The notes below the pieces were generated by a model that saw only the letters and a program-made list of their open reading frames with translations, was not told the DNA's origin and ran no database searches. The position numbers and the translations under genes were made by a program. Positions 12,301 to 24,895 of a stretch of DNA of 64,000 bases are shown here, piece after piece (within the stretch, counting starts at the first letter, position 1; each line of letters starts with the position of its first letter). Source of the stretch: Camelus ferus (lineage: Eukaryota); NCBI RefSeq assembly GCF_009834535.1, contig NC_045707.1, positions 49,540,001 through 49,604,000 of the forward strand, given 5' to 3'.

Positions 12301-13261
12301 TGTTCAACCTAAGAATAGATTATTAGATAAATTGATCCTGAAAATGAGAAGAACTAATTCACATTGCAAAGGCACTCCCACCTTGCTAGACAGACCAAAA
12401 ATGATATTTCCTAATAATGAGTTCAAAAGCACTTTAGAAAGTACTATTCAGATCTTGCTTACTCCATTATCATATTATCTTTAATCTATTTCAAAGGTGA
12501 CTTTTGCAGAGCAGCTAACCTGTATGCTTCACAATTTAAAAAAGAGGAGGGAGTTCTAACTCAAACGATATCAGTACATTTCATGTCCTCTAGTTATTCC
12601 CACAGATGAAGCTTAAAAGTTCTTTGCGTGGGGAAGATCATAACTAACACAAGTGCCCACTGAAAAGGTAATGTGTAAATCGTACCACAGTTGTTTAACA
12701 AGGAAGCTAAATGGAAAGTAATGTGATTTAAGAGGGGTAAATGGAGAACAGCAAACAGGAAGGGGAAATCAGAGAAGATGAGCAAAAAAAAGGGTCTAGA
12801 AACTTTAAAACAAATAAAGGAATTCAGTAGGAGCTTATTGGTATAAGTTCTATCAAAGATACTTGATTTTGAAGAGTTTCAACAAGGCTTGGTTTAAGGA
12901 GGTCAAAGCCCTTTGGTTTGTTTTGTGAATTTACTTAAAACTTGAAAAGGAAGTGATAAAATTAGCCAAGAAGTCATACCTACCAACCTGTAGCAGAGGT
13001 TTGGAAATCCACATAAGTTACTAAGGATGTAGATTAGGTTTGGTGAGAAAATATAAACAAACAAGGTTGGTGGAGAAAAGAATATTATATCAAAAGGCAG
13101 ATAGACCTTTCAGGGACTAAACTGGCTCCATATGCCATGCTTTTTTTGCTCAACTAGAAATCCCAGGAAAGCTGATCACTGAATCCTATGTTCCCAAGTA
13201 ATCTTTATTTTTCCTGGTGATCTGAATGCAAATAAAAATAATTAAATAAAGAAGGCACACT

Positions 13262-13658
13262 CTACTGATATAACAGCTACTGTAGTTAAACAACCCAGAG
13301 AATGTTACTGACTTAACACCACAGAAATTATTTCCTTGTTCATGAATAGGTCCGATGCAGGTGTAAGAGAAATGGCCTTCCAGCCAGTGATCTGGGGCCC
13401 CAGGTTCCTATCATTTCATAGCCAAACCATCATCTGGGGCCTGAAAATCTTTTACTCCAGTCAATAGATGGTGAAGGAGTAAGTGGAGAAGAAAAAGGCA
13501 TCACTTGTGTTCACATTCTATTAGCAACAACTGAACATGAGTCTTTACCTAGGTGCAGCTCCCCCCCAGGCAGGCAGGCAGCATCCTAGCAACAATACCT
13601 TATTAAAGAAGGAAGCACAAATCTTTGAAGGACAATGAGGCAAGCCATCTGGACCACA
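13262..13658 (-). mobile_element. Old MaLR LTR (MLT1I/J/K-like)
   Basis: GACTTAACACCACAGAAATTATTTC, CCCAGGTTCCTATCAT, CATCACTTGTGTTCACATTCTATTAGC motifs. Confidence 0.65.
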
Positions 13659-13789
13659 AATGCTATTTCAGGTATCAGTGATAGTCTTATCAGAGGTTCA
13701 CTTCTCAGCGGCCTAGCCTAAATGTAATTCCAGTTGTCCCTGTCTGCACTGACTTACTATTGTTCCATAGGTGGAACATGTATGCAGGC

Positions 13790-15480
13790 TTTTAGTTCCC
13801 AATGGGACTATCAGAGTGGGGACAAACTTCTCTCACATTTTTATAAAATTTCTTCCTACCCAGAGTTCTGAAAGAGTGATGAGTATGCTCAACTATTGTT
13901 GACCCTGGATAGATGCTCTTAATTTCCATCCGCACCCAAGTCTGAGAGACGTGGAACACCTTCTGTTTCCTCTCGTTTTTACCCATAGACTCTGAAGTGA
14001 GTGGATAGGGTACTTTCATTTTATAAAACAAACAAACAAATAAATAAATATCTCCTAAGTAATAAACCAGCCTAGTTTTGAGGTAGGCAAATATCAACTT
14101 TAACTGAGATTCTTCCCATTGTCATTCATGTCTTATTCTTTTCATGTCATCTTTTTTTTTCTGACTCAACACTTGCTTCTTTTAACATTTTGCTCCACTT
14201 TCAAACCAATGTCTGTGGATATGGTACGTTTTTTATCTCTTTTGTGACAGACTTGTGTCACCTGGGCAAGTAATTACATGTAACTAGTATTTTGCAGTAA
14301 ATAATAGATAGTTAACAGATAAGCCATTTACTTAGTTCCCAGAGTTCTGCAGTGGCAACTATATATTGCATTGTGAAATTATTATCCTATTAATGGTGAC
14401 TCACATTCCCTGTATTTTAATAAAGATAACACCTGTATTTAAGATTCTCCTTAACTATAATAATCTCACCAGTCATTTCATACTTGGTAAAATAGGCCTT
14501 TTAGCTGTTCCTTCCCTTCACAAGTCCTGCCCGTAAGTCAGATGTTACCTGTCACAAATTCCCAATGAACATGGAACATGTCCCCCGGGGATTGCTGCTG
14601 GGCAAGAGAGTAGAAATGGATCCGGGCAGATCCATTACTGCGACTGTAAAAGCACATGCCCTCCTGAGGGTGAGTCACATATTAAGACCAGTCTATTTTT
14701 GTGTCCTTACTTTTATAGCCCAGATGAATCTGGTGTAACTCTATTATAATAATGTGAGCCCTGTTGTCTAAGTGCATTATCATACACTGTTAAGATAGAA
14801 ATCCTTTGGTCGCATGGAAAATATCTAAAAATATTGTCTTTGAATGGTAACCAAAAACAATATAAAATAGTTTTCTATTTTTGTAAGACACCCAACTGTT
14901 TTCTATTATGATACGCCATTCTGTACTAGTGGCTGAGAAAATACAATACCTAGATGTTTCTTTGAACTACGTTGCCTTATGTCTTCTTGCCAGAGCTGTG
15001 AACGTTTCTCAATCGTCTTTGAGAGACAGTAGGAGAAAGAATCTGTGATCTGTGCAGGTACTCTTAAGTGGCACAACCAAAGCTCTGGTAGTGCTTTATT
15101 TATTACAGAACTCAGTAACAGATCTGTTATGTCTATTAATATAGCCCTGTCCAAAACCATGTTATGGTCATCATTTACTAAAATATTCTTTAAAAGTCAC
15201 CCCTCTCAACAAATACGCAGTAATCACCTCTGATGTGTAAACCACTGGATTAGGTAACTGTGTGGCAATAGGATATGGAGAGGACTCCTACAAAGAAAAT
15301 AAAAGCTCCACTATTTTGGCAACCTGAATTTTAGGGTTACCTGCGAATGTGTATATAAACCTTGTCCTACCTGTTAAAATAACTGCAGCAGCAAGAAATC
15401 TTGATTCTTCAAGTCCAAAGTCCATTTCTCTATCTATTGCCTCATCACTGGCCACCAATCCTGGTGTCCTTGATTGATTG
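13790..15480 (-). mobile_element. Ancient RTE-X (L4-like) LINE ORF fossil, fragmented
   Basis: Minus-strand order: GLEESRFLAA.LF (about 15410-15360), ILVNDDHNMVL (15184-15152), SKT, IRQRSSKKHLGIVFS (to 14936), VEHTHH...YKNVR (about 13895-13830). Confidence 0.55.
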
Positions 15481-16689
15481 ATTGCATAGCTGCAGTGTTT
15501 GGGGTTGAAATTACTTCTAATTTGAATGATTTAAGTGAGACATTACAGTGTTAGGAAACTTTTCTTATTTTATTCTCAAATCATATAAAACTTTGTATAA
15601 TCTTGTTCAAGCTGTTCTAGGTATTCCTTCTTTTCTGTGGTTTTTCCCAATTCAGAATGTATATTCCATGAAGAGTTTTATCTGGCTAACTTGTTTTAGT
15701 ATAGAAATACCATCATCTTTTCTGACCTATTTATACAGACTGCAGTGAGCCTGTAATAAGTCTCTATTCTAATCAGCAGTAGAGTATTACCTGCTCATAT
15801 TAATACTAATAAACATTTTTCTAAATATAAAATCAGTTCTATTATTATACAGTTAGAGCTATCACTTGATAGATTAATTTGCTGGGTAGAACATTTCCAG
15901 GGACTGCTGTTTATTGCTGATAAATATAGCTTGCTTATTTAAGCTCTTTACCTTTTTCTAACCCTGCTGAGAGATCTTCTGAAGCAAGAAGCTTTAGAAT
16001 GACATAGGCAGGTAATGTGCTGAAAGCATTGGACAACCTCTTATTGGAGGCACCATGATCAGATAATAAAGCAAGCACTGTAACTCAAGGTCAAATGATC
16101 CTTAATCTAAAAACAATCTCTAAATGACATAAGAAGGGATTTAACCTTAATATCCACTGCATTTGAGGCCCTATTTTATCTCCCTGTAGAGTAAAGTCAA
16201 TAATATGAGAATCATAAACCGAGCAGGATTGCAAATCCTCTTATGCTACCTGCTAGAAATTTCACTAATGCAAAGAAACTAGAAAATAGTTCATAAGATA
16301 ATTGTTCAATATAAACATTGGTCAGAGAACGTTATTTGATGGGAATTTTTTTCTCTGTTGCTTCCTGAATTCATTATTTGACATTCTAGGAAACCATTCT
16401 GATGGAAAAAGTCAAAGATACGCAAAAATAAAATTAAGCTTATTAATCATTTTGTAATTAGAAAACTTGAACATTTTTATTCAAAGAGAAGCTTCCTAAC
16501 TCTACCCTATACCTTGATTACTCAATCTAAAACAGAAATTCAACAATTCATATTTCTGTATGAGTTTTATACATCAGAATACTTTATAGTTATACTTATT
16601 CCTACAACTAAGGGGGCAAAGCAGTCATTTGGAAAATTTAAGAAAGAAATGGAATTTTAATTTCAATTTGTTAGAGAAAACATTTGTAG

Positions 16690-16853
16690 AGTGCTTTTCA
16701 AATTTTGATATGCCCACAAATCACCTGGAAATTTTGTTAAAATGCAGGTTCTGATTCAGCAGATTTAGGTTGGGGCCTGAGATTCTGCATGTCTAATAAG
16801 CAGCTAGGAGATGCCATTTCTGCTGGTCCAAGGCTCATGCTTTGAGTGGTAAG
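16690..16853. mobile_element. hAT-Charlie MITE, MER5A/MER5A1-like
   Basis: AATCACCTGG..TTGTTAAAATGCAGGTTCTGATTCAG..GGGGCCTGAGATTCTGCAT. Confidence 0.85.
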
Positions 16854-17006
16854 ATCAGAGAATTCTGTGTTATTCCTGCACAGTATTGAAAGAGAGGGTG
16901 AAGATAGGGGAGGTGTGAAAATGGATTTTCTGGGTTTTCTCATTCTTTACTTTTATTTCTATACATCTAGTATATGTCTAACAGTTTTTTAAAAAAGCAA
17001 CCAGGG

Positions 17007-17220
17007 GATAAATTCAGAGTTTGGGATTAGCAGATACAAGCTACTATATATAAAATAGATAAACAACAAGGTCCTACTCTATAGCACAGGGAACTATATT
17101 CAACACCTTATAATAACTATGATGAAAAAGAATATAGATATACATGAATAACTGAACCACTTTGCTGTACACCAGAAACTTACACAACATTGTAAATCAG
17201 CTATACTTCAATTAAAAAAA
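17007..17220 (+). mobile_element. Short L1 3'UTR insertion (cetartiodactyl-type) with TSD
   Basis: GATAAATTCAGAGTTTGGGATTAGCAGATACAA...AACAAGGTCCTACT..ATAGCACAGGGAACTATATTCAA...CTATACTTCAATTAAAAAAA; TSD AGCAACCAGGG 16996-17006 and 17222-17232. Confidence 0.92.
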
Positions 17221-18269
17221 TAGCAACCAGGGAGTACTTGGGTTATCCTTTTGAAAATGGAAAATTCAATGCAAATGCAAAATGAGCACTACTTTGACTT
17301 ATACTGAACTTTGCATCAACATCTAATGCACCTCTTATTAATTCATGGACTACTAATTTAATATTCCCACTGTAGTCAGTCAACAAGTAAACTGTGCTCA
17401 GACTGTTGAGGAAATACAAATTTAAACATAACCAATCAAAATACTCAGTTAGGTTTCATTGAATAATTTATAAACAATAGCATTAAAAGCTTCTTTTTAA
17501 TTGGAAATTCACTGAAAGTAACATTTTTCTTTGTTGAGCTTAGAAATTAATATATTTACTTAAATTGCTGACTCAACCCTTGGACAGATTCCTTCACTGA
17601 GGAGTTCAAACTATGTTAAATCTTTTAATAAAACTCTGGGGGAAATTCCATTGCCATACAATGAAATTCCATTACGTATGACTTATTTTTGGCTTTCCAG
17701 TTGATAATAAAACAAATCAAATAGCATTTCCCTTCATTTTTTCCCTGAGGTTTGTTACTGTACTACTGTTTATGTATTCTTCAAGGAGAGTGTTTCAACT
17801 TAAAAATATTTTTAATTTTGTTCTTCAAGGAGTACTAAAATATGTAAATCTTGTTATTGTAATGATGTCATAGCGTGTTAAAAATTATGTTTTAGCAATT
17901 ATATCCCACTTAATGGTTTCCATAAATATTCTGCCATTTATAGTGCTAAAATGCCAAGAAATAACTTTACGGCTGAAAAGATCCATTTTCTCAAAGTCCT
18001 GCACATAGTTAGCATCTAATAAATATTTATGTATGAGCTATAGCCTGATCTTTTGATGGTTGATGCTGTGGGTCTGGACTATCAATTTTAAAGGAAGAAG
18101 CAATATATATTTAAAAAATGGGGTACTTCATTCATACCAAGTACCTATCAGAGAAGGCCCTTAATAAATGTTTGATGATCATTGTAGTGATTACAAATTA
18201 ACATTTGTAGGAAGTTTTACAGTTAACAAAATAATTTCTCTCACAGAACCCAGTTAAATAGGTGAGAAA

Positions 18270-18900
18270 CACACAGAGATACATGGCTCAGATCCTTCTT
18301 CAAGGAGTGAATTTTTTGCCCTCACTGCTGAGAGTGCTGTCAGCAGCCCCTGCAGGAATCACATCAGTGACACTCTTTGAAAAATGGCCCACAATCTAAT
18401 GACACATGGAGGCAGGGGTATTTCTATAGATTAAATGTCTGTATCCCCTAAAATTCCTATGATGAGACCTAACCCCCAATGTGGTCAGATTTGGTAGGGG
18501 GACCTTTAGGAGGTACTTAGGTCGTGAAGTGGGAGCCCTCATTAATGAGATTAGTACCCTCATAAAAGAGACCCCATAGAACTCCCTAGCCCCTTCTGCC
18601 ACATGAGAACACAGCAAGAAGACAGCTGTCTTTGAACCAGGGAATGAGCCCTTACCACACACGGAATCAACTGGCACTAAATCTTGGACTTCCCAGCCTC
18701 CCAAACTGTAAGAAATATATCTTTGTTTATTAAAGCCACTAAGTCTATGGCATTATTGTTATAGCAGCCCAAACTAAGACACATATAAAGGTCCAGGCAC
18801 TCCAGATCAATGCAGAACAACCCCAAGCTTGATCTTGCCCTCTATGTAATTCTGGTTTATATCCCTTGTTTTCATAGGAGTTGATCCCAAGAGTCAACCC
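18270..18900 (+). mobile_element. ERVL LTR16-like LTR split by an MLT1A insertion
   Basis: GCTGAGAGTGCTG..GCAGGGGTA | TATAAAGG..GGAGTTGATCCCAAGAG flank the MLT1A. Confidence 0.55.
18422..18781 (+). mobile_element. MaLR solo LTR MLT1A/MLT1A0
   Basis: Full-length 360 bp: AATGTCTGTATCCCCTAAAATTC...GAGATTAGTACCCTCATAAAAGAG...TTGTTATAGCAGCCCAAACTAAGACA. Confidence 0.9.
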
Positions 18901-21134
18901 AAGATAAGGAAACAAAGGCTCAAAGATGGGAGTGACTCACCCAGACTTAGGCAGCTTGGCTGAGTCGTGAGCTGAGTCCTCCTCATTGCAAATCCTAGTT
19001 CCTCTACCATAGGACTTTCCTCTCTATGGCCGGTCAGATCCCTGAAATGGATTTCATCTACATTTCAAGAGAAGCATTCGACTAAAACACTTTAAGATCC
19101 CTTTAATTATTTTCCAAATGTTTGGTGCGAGGTATTCCTCTTCTCCACCTTCACTGCAAGAAGTACAATGGAAACTGGCACACACCTAGCATGGACGGTC
19201 CTCAGGCAGTCTGTTCTACAACCCTTCCATCAAGTTCAGAATGCCCTTGGCCCCAGGACTCTTGTCTGCAAGGAGAGGGCAGATATTGAGATGGGACAAG
19301 GCCAAAGGCAGGCATAAACCAAAGTAAAGCCAGGATTCACAAAAAAAGGGCAGAGGTGGAGTAAGAGCAAGGGAACTGTCTGGGACTGGAGTAAAGGGAA
19401 GGGCAGGGCAAAGGCAGGAGAAATGACAGAGACAGAGGCCCTTATTCTGGGTTCCCACAGCTGCTCTATCTGTGAGCCCTCAGACCTAGCAGATACTGGT
19501 CATACTTCAAAGAAGATCTGCCTTTATTACTGATGAGCCGGTTTTTACTTCTCCAGTTATCCTGCTTTGGTCCTTGGGGATGAGAGAGTCCTTAGCATCT
19601 CCACATGGAGCACATTCTATGGCTCTGAATAGCTGTGAGTGTGTTACAGTGTTTCAAGTCAAACCAAACACCAGCCACAACTCAGACATGCTGTGGGTCT
19701 CCAGTACAAGCATAATTATCAAAGAAGGAATTTTGCAAACCCAATCTATGGGTTCATTTGTTTCAAGTATTTGATAGTACATATTCCCAAAAGGACAAGG
19801 GAAAAAATGAGAATTCTTTTGCATTTGTTGTAATAAGATATGATCAGTTTTTCTAAAGAAAAGAATGTGTTCATTAAGGTATTTGTCAGTCTGATCTAGA
19901 GGTTTTTAAGTTGAAAAAAAATGGAATAAGAAAAAAAAAAAAGGAGGGGGAAGTCCAGGGTAAAACTCTTAAGTATAAAGGCAGTGTTGAATGTACCCAG
20001 TAATTGACAGGAGAAAATAATTCAGGAGTCAGTTGGACACAGCACTTAGGTTCCTAGTTAATACCAATCTACCAAACGTATAATGTGATGTTCATTCAAG
20101 AAAACCAATACCCCCCAAAGACATTATTGCATCTAGGTAAAATAAGATTCACAAGTGGCAACTCTTATGGAAAGCACCTCATTGTGCAAAGGGAGTATCA
20201 CTCTGTGTCAGGAAGATATATATACCTTTGTGAAAATCCCAAAAATCAGGGATAGCAGGATGATAAATAACATCTGGGTAGAGATAAAAAGGAAAGAATA
20301 TCAAAATGATATTACTGTTGGAGGAGATTGGGTAGGGGTGATGGTTGGTAAAACTGTCACTCCAGGCAGAAGGAAAGAATAGACGACCATTTCCCGACAT
20401 TGATCACAAATCTGGCACAGATACAGAGGCGAGATACAGAAGTGATGAGGGATTGTGCTTATCTAGACATCTCCAGGAAGTCGGTCAGCTAAAAGCATAG
20501 CAGTGGATACATCTCACTGACAGCTTCATCTTTAAGAAGGCAGAAAAGGTAATGAAGGGAATTTCTGCTTAGGACCGAATTCTGACAAGTAGAGAAAGTA
20601 CTGGTTGGCAAAGTGAAGATGTTAGAATCTTTGAGGAAGAGGAAAAACCGGAAACAGCATCCTATGGTCCGTAATAGCAAAAGCTCTGAACCTTGAGCAA
20701 AGCTAGACATTTAACCTAAATGAAAAGAAGACAGATTTCCAAATGTTCAGGAAAAAAGATAGGCATGATCTCATGGCCAGAGAATGGGCACACGAAGGAG
20801 GACTCCTTGCTTCTAAACAGCTGTAATAATCTAATCATGAAGGTAAGGGAGAGGTAGCTAAGGAAACAGCTAAACCAGCTCTCAGATAAACAGAAACATT
20901 TTAAATATGTCATTTACAAAGAATGGAAGGACCAAGGTGTAAGTACAAACAAATGAAAACTAATACCAAGGGAATAAATACCAGAGCTTGTGAAAATTGC
21001 CAGAGAAGGTGAAAATAGGTTTTCTATAAGTATGAAAGGAGCAACAGGCAGATCTGGGGACAGTACTGTAAAGTGTGCAGAAAAGAGTCAGAAAGCAAAA
21101 CTTTTCAGGTCCTTTTTCTGTTATAGAAGACCTC

Positions 21135-21543
21135 TGTTTCTTTGTACCACATCCCATGAGGTTGCAATGTGTCTGTTGGGCACAGTGCCCAGCCTGCCGT
21201 GACCATGGCCATGAACACATGCTCAAACAAGGCCAGTTAGGTACTCCCTATGAGATTTGACACATGGATACAGAGAAGGTGTTTCTCTTCCTTTTGGATT
21301 TGAACCAAACCCAAGAGCTATCTTCCCTACTATGCGGAGAGCCTATCCACAAAAGAATCAGAGCTCAAATATGGCAAGAAATCTAGGCTTCTGATGACAT
21401 CCTCTGAATCCCTGAATCCAGCCATGATTGAAGCAGTCCTTACCCCTGAATCCCCCAGGTATGTGAGCTAAGGTATTCCTTTTTATCATGAGAGTTTAAA
21501 TTGGACTTCTTGTATTGTAATCAAGAGAAGCCTGACTAATACA
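21135..21543 (+). mobile_element. Old MaLR LTR (MLT1J/K/L-like) inside the CR1 fossil
   Basis: GATGACATC..CCCTGAATCCAGCCATG..TGAAGC..TGTGAGC..CCTGACTAATACA 3' terminus. Confidence 0.75.
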
Positions 21544-22134
21544 TTGGTTGAGAAGGTTAACTGTCAGATTAAAAAGGAGAAAGCAAATATTAGGAAGAGG
21601 AAATTAAAGCCCAAGTAAGGGAAAGAGGTTGAAAATGCACCTTTCAAAGGACTTTGGTTCCATTCCATAAAACCTAAAAGAAGGCTCAGATGACATCAGT
21701 GTACTGTAAATAGTCATCTTTGAAGAACTATGGGAATAGAAGTCTTGCTGGCAGGTGGGAAAGGGCAAATAAATGTTTCCATTTTCAAAAAGGCGGAAGA
21801 AGTTAAATTCTTTAAACTACATGCCAAAGAGATTAGATAGATCCTTAGCAAAATGTTTGAGTATAAAAGGTGGATAAATACTTAGGAAGCAAAGAGGTAA
21901 TCATTTGGGACCCATACAGGCTCGTGAAGTTCAGTTCCTGCGGGGATTGTATCATTTCCTTTTTGAACTCCATATCCCAGAGATGTTGAAGGGATTATTC
22001 ATTATGCCAGGTACTGTGCGAGGCACTCCTCTGACATAGTGGTGTATTATGTGTGATGGTTGTAGTCATAATGGGTGTGTCTTCTTAAGTATAATAAAAT
22101 CTACTGTGTATTGATGATGTAATATGTTCCAGAA

Positions 22135-22452
22135 TACACATACATATACATGCATGCATTCACTGCACACTACATATGCATGTATACACACTTGCGTACA
22201 CACATAACATGCACAGGCATGCATACATGTCCATATAAACACACACACACATACATGCATACACATAAATACATGCATGTGCCTGTATGCACAATATGCA
22301 GACATACACACGTGCACATAAACATGTCATACATCTGCATACAGCACATGCACATTTACACACAAAACACATTTACACATATAAATACATACACACAACA
22401 TACACATGCATATACACATACACGCACTTGTATATACACAGATTCACATACA
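22135..22452 (+). repeat. Degenerate (CA/CATA/CATG)n purine-pyrimidine alternating tract
   Basis: About 320 bp of near-continuous RY alternation. Confidence 0.9.
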
Positions 22453-24428
22453 CCAGAATAAAACTCTAATGTGGGCAATAAAGATCCCTATGATACAGAG
22501 AAAACTGAAGTGAGGCAGTTTGTCCAAGGTCACCACTAGTAACAGCAAAACATGGATTTGAACCTAAAATTTTCTGATTTTTAAACTAATATTCTGTTAA
22601 AAATGGTCTCTACATACACCATTACACATACACACATGCACACAAAAGCTAACTTAAAGAGGGATGGCAAGATAAGGAAAGATCTGAAGCATCTTTGACC
22701 TCTTCAAGTTTCAAAAATTTGAACAATACAGAGAGCATTACAATCAAATCTGAAATAATTCAGAAATATATATATATATATATACACACACATATATATG
22801 AAAAATATGTCACTGACAGAATTGGAACCTCTGCTGAAAATAAAAAGAAGAAACATATTAGAGACAAAATGAATTCTCAGACATTGGCTGCATGACAACA
22901 CAGGCACCTTAAGGGGAATTTTACTTGACTGTGAGCTCAAGGAATTAAAAGCCAGTTGCTGCTTAGAGAATGAACTAATCCCTGGACTACATTAACAGCA
23001 GTTACAGTCCAGGAGGAGGGAGGAAGTTACCGTTTTTAACCCTATGCAGACTAAATCAACACACTGACACAGGCCCAGAGGAGACTGACCATGGTTATGA
23101 AGAATCCAGTTGTGTCAGAGGTAGATTAGAGAAAGATGACCACTGTGTTAGATGAGAGAAGACTTAGACCAGGGATGTGTGAGAATTCATTACCTATTCT
23201 TTCTGTCACCCAGATTGCTTAAAAGGCAAAATGGGAGTTAATGTGAAGAAGTTTCTGTGAGTCAGATTTCAACATAAAATAAATGTAAGAGCTCCTGTGA
23301 AGGCAGAGATTAAATGCAGTGCCATGGAAAGCAGTGATCAAACATGTTAGTAACATGGTGCTTTCCTGACATAAAGGAAGTCAGAGTACCATGGAAGATA
23401 TCTTTTTGCTCCTGGAGAGAATGACTTAAGTGGTCTTCCATGTGTAAATGTAGGTAGGGTGGGAATCCATTGCCCAATTGCCCTAACAGTCCCCCCAACA
23501 AAACCCACTGAACAATCCCTGTGGAAGGGAACTGATCTACTAGTACAAGAAGCCCAAGTTCCTCTGGGAAAGAAGGAACTCAGATCCTGACCTGTGTGGC
23601 CTAAGATTTGAATTTAGGAAAACCTGTAAGTGAGGACTGAAGTGGCTTTGACCCCAGAAGGAGAATTCATCAGAGCAGAAGAGAACAACTTACTGCATTA
23701 AGCTCAGCACACAGGATGTCTGTGGGGAAGAGCTGATTGTGGCACGATGTGTGGCCGAGGCTGAAAGCTGCTTGGGCTGCAGTTTCCCGGAGGTTCTGTT
23801 TAAAGATTCATTCATGAACACACACGCAAACACCTTGGTGCCAAGCATGGCATACCAATTTGATGTGTGCAGGGACGTGAGCCAACAAAAAGATAACTAA
23901 GATGAAGTGAGCATCAGTTCACCTGTGTGCGGGAATCTTCAGCAGGACACTGTGTGGCAGAGAGAAGGCAGCGAGAGCAGAAGGAAACGATCCTCCTCTC
24001 CATTCTTCATCATCCGTACCTTCAGAGGCGCAAATGACTGTCTTGCCTTCTCTCACTGTCCAGTCTCCAAGATTCTTGGACCATTGGAATGGGGTGTTGA
24101 TCAACCGAAAGACACTGCACTTTAAGGATAGGTGGGTGCTTGTCTGTCCAGCGTTAGAGGAGGCTTCCCTCTATAACCAGTATGAACTTTGATTCTTCTA
24201 GTTACTAAGAAATGGAAATTATTAAGTCTAAAGAAACAGAAATCCATTAAGCACTTTTACACACATGTGTTTTTTATTAATGCAATGCCCAATCACATTT
24301 ACTATTACCCATACTGCTTTGAGACCAGGACTGAAATTGGAAAACTTCAAGTATTCTAGCAGTCCTGAGTCTCAAGCCTGTACGTCTTGTTTTTGGAGGG
24401 CAGATGAACAAGAGAGGGTGTCTGCAGC

Positions 24429-24895
24429 TGAATTAGTTTCCCATTGCTGGTGTAACAAATTACCACAAACTTGGTGGCTTAAAATAAAAATGTATTGTCT
24501 TAGAATTCTGGAAGTCAGAAGTCTGAAATGGGTCTGAGGAGGATAAAATCAGTGTCGGCAGAGCTGCATTCCTTCTGGAGGCTCTAGGAGAGAATTCATT
24601 TCTTTGACTTTTCCAGCTTTTATAGGCTGCCCACTTTCCTTGGCTTGTGGCCACCTTCAAACAATCTCATCACTCCAACCTCTGATTCCAATGTCACATT
24701 TTTCTCCCCCTCTTCTGTCTCCTTCTCTCCCTTGTAAAGGCCCTTCTGATTATATTGGTTCCAACAGGGTAATTCAAGGTAATCTCCCCATTTCAAGATA
24801 TTTAACTTAATCACATCTGAAAAATATTTTCTTCCATATAACATAGTCACAGCGTCCAGGGAGTAGAACATAGACGCCATGAGTGCACCTCCACA
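24429..24895 (-). mobile_element. MaLR solo LTR MLT1D-like
   Basis: GTAACAAATTACCACAAACTTGGTGGCTTAAAA...CTGGAGGCTCTAGGAGAGAAT...TTAACTTAATCACATCTG; TG...CA ends; flanks GCAGC/GTGGT fit a CpG-decayed 5-bp TSD. Confidence 0.88.

Larger units (their letters stand above)
20160..23420 (+). mobile_element. CR1/L3 LINE ORF2 fossil (APE endonuclease to RT C-terminus), interrupted
   Basis: GVSLCVR 20192-20212, NIWVEIKR 20269-20292, DITVG, VMRDCAYLDI 20442-20471, LTDSFIFKKAEKVMKG 20513-20560, VIFEELW 21713-21733, IFKK 21781, NYMP 21815-21826, ILSKMFE 21841-21861. Confidence 0.8.

Noticed and set aside
12600..12920. Possible CR1-like YLDFxKAF motif near 12858-12890
   Set aside because: A single weak motif without convincing colinear neighbours.
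22066..22469. Five overlapping His/Thr- or Cys/Val-rich ORFs
   Set aside because: Translation artefacts of the CA/TG low-complexity tract.
23700..24140. Mildly GC/CpG-richer stretch with short ORFs as exon or promoter
   Set aside because: Not a CpG island, and the peptides are unrecognisable; insufficient support.
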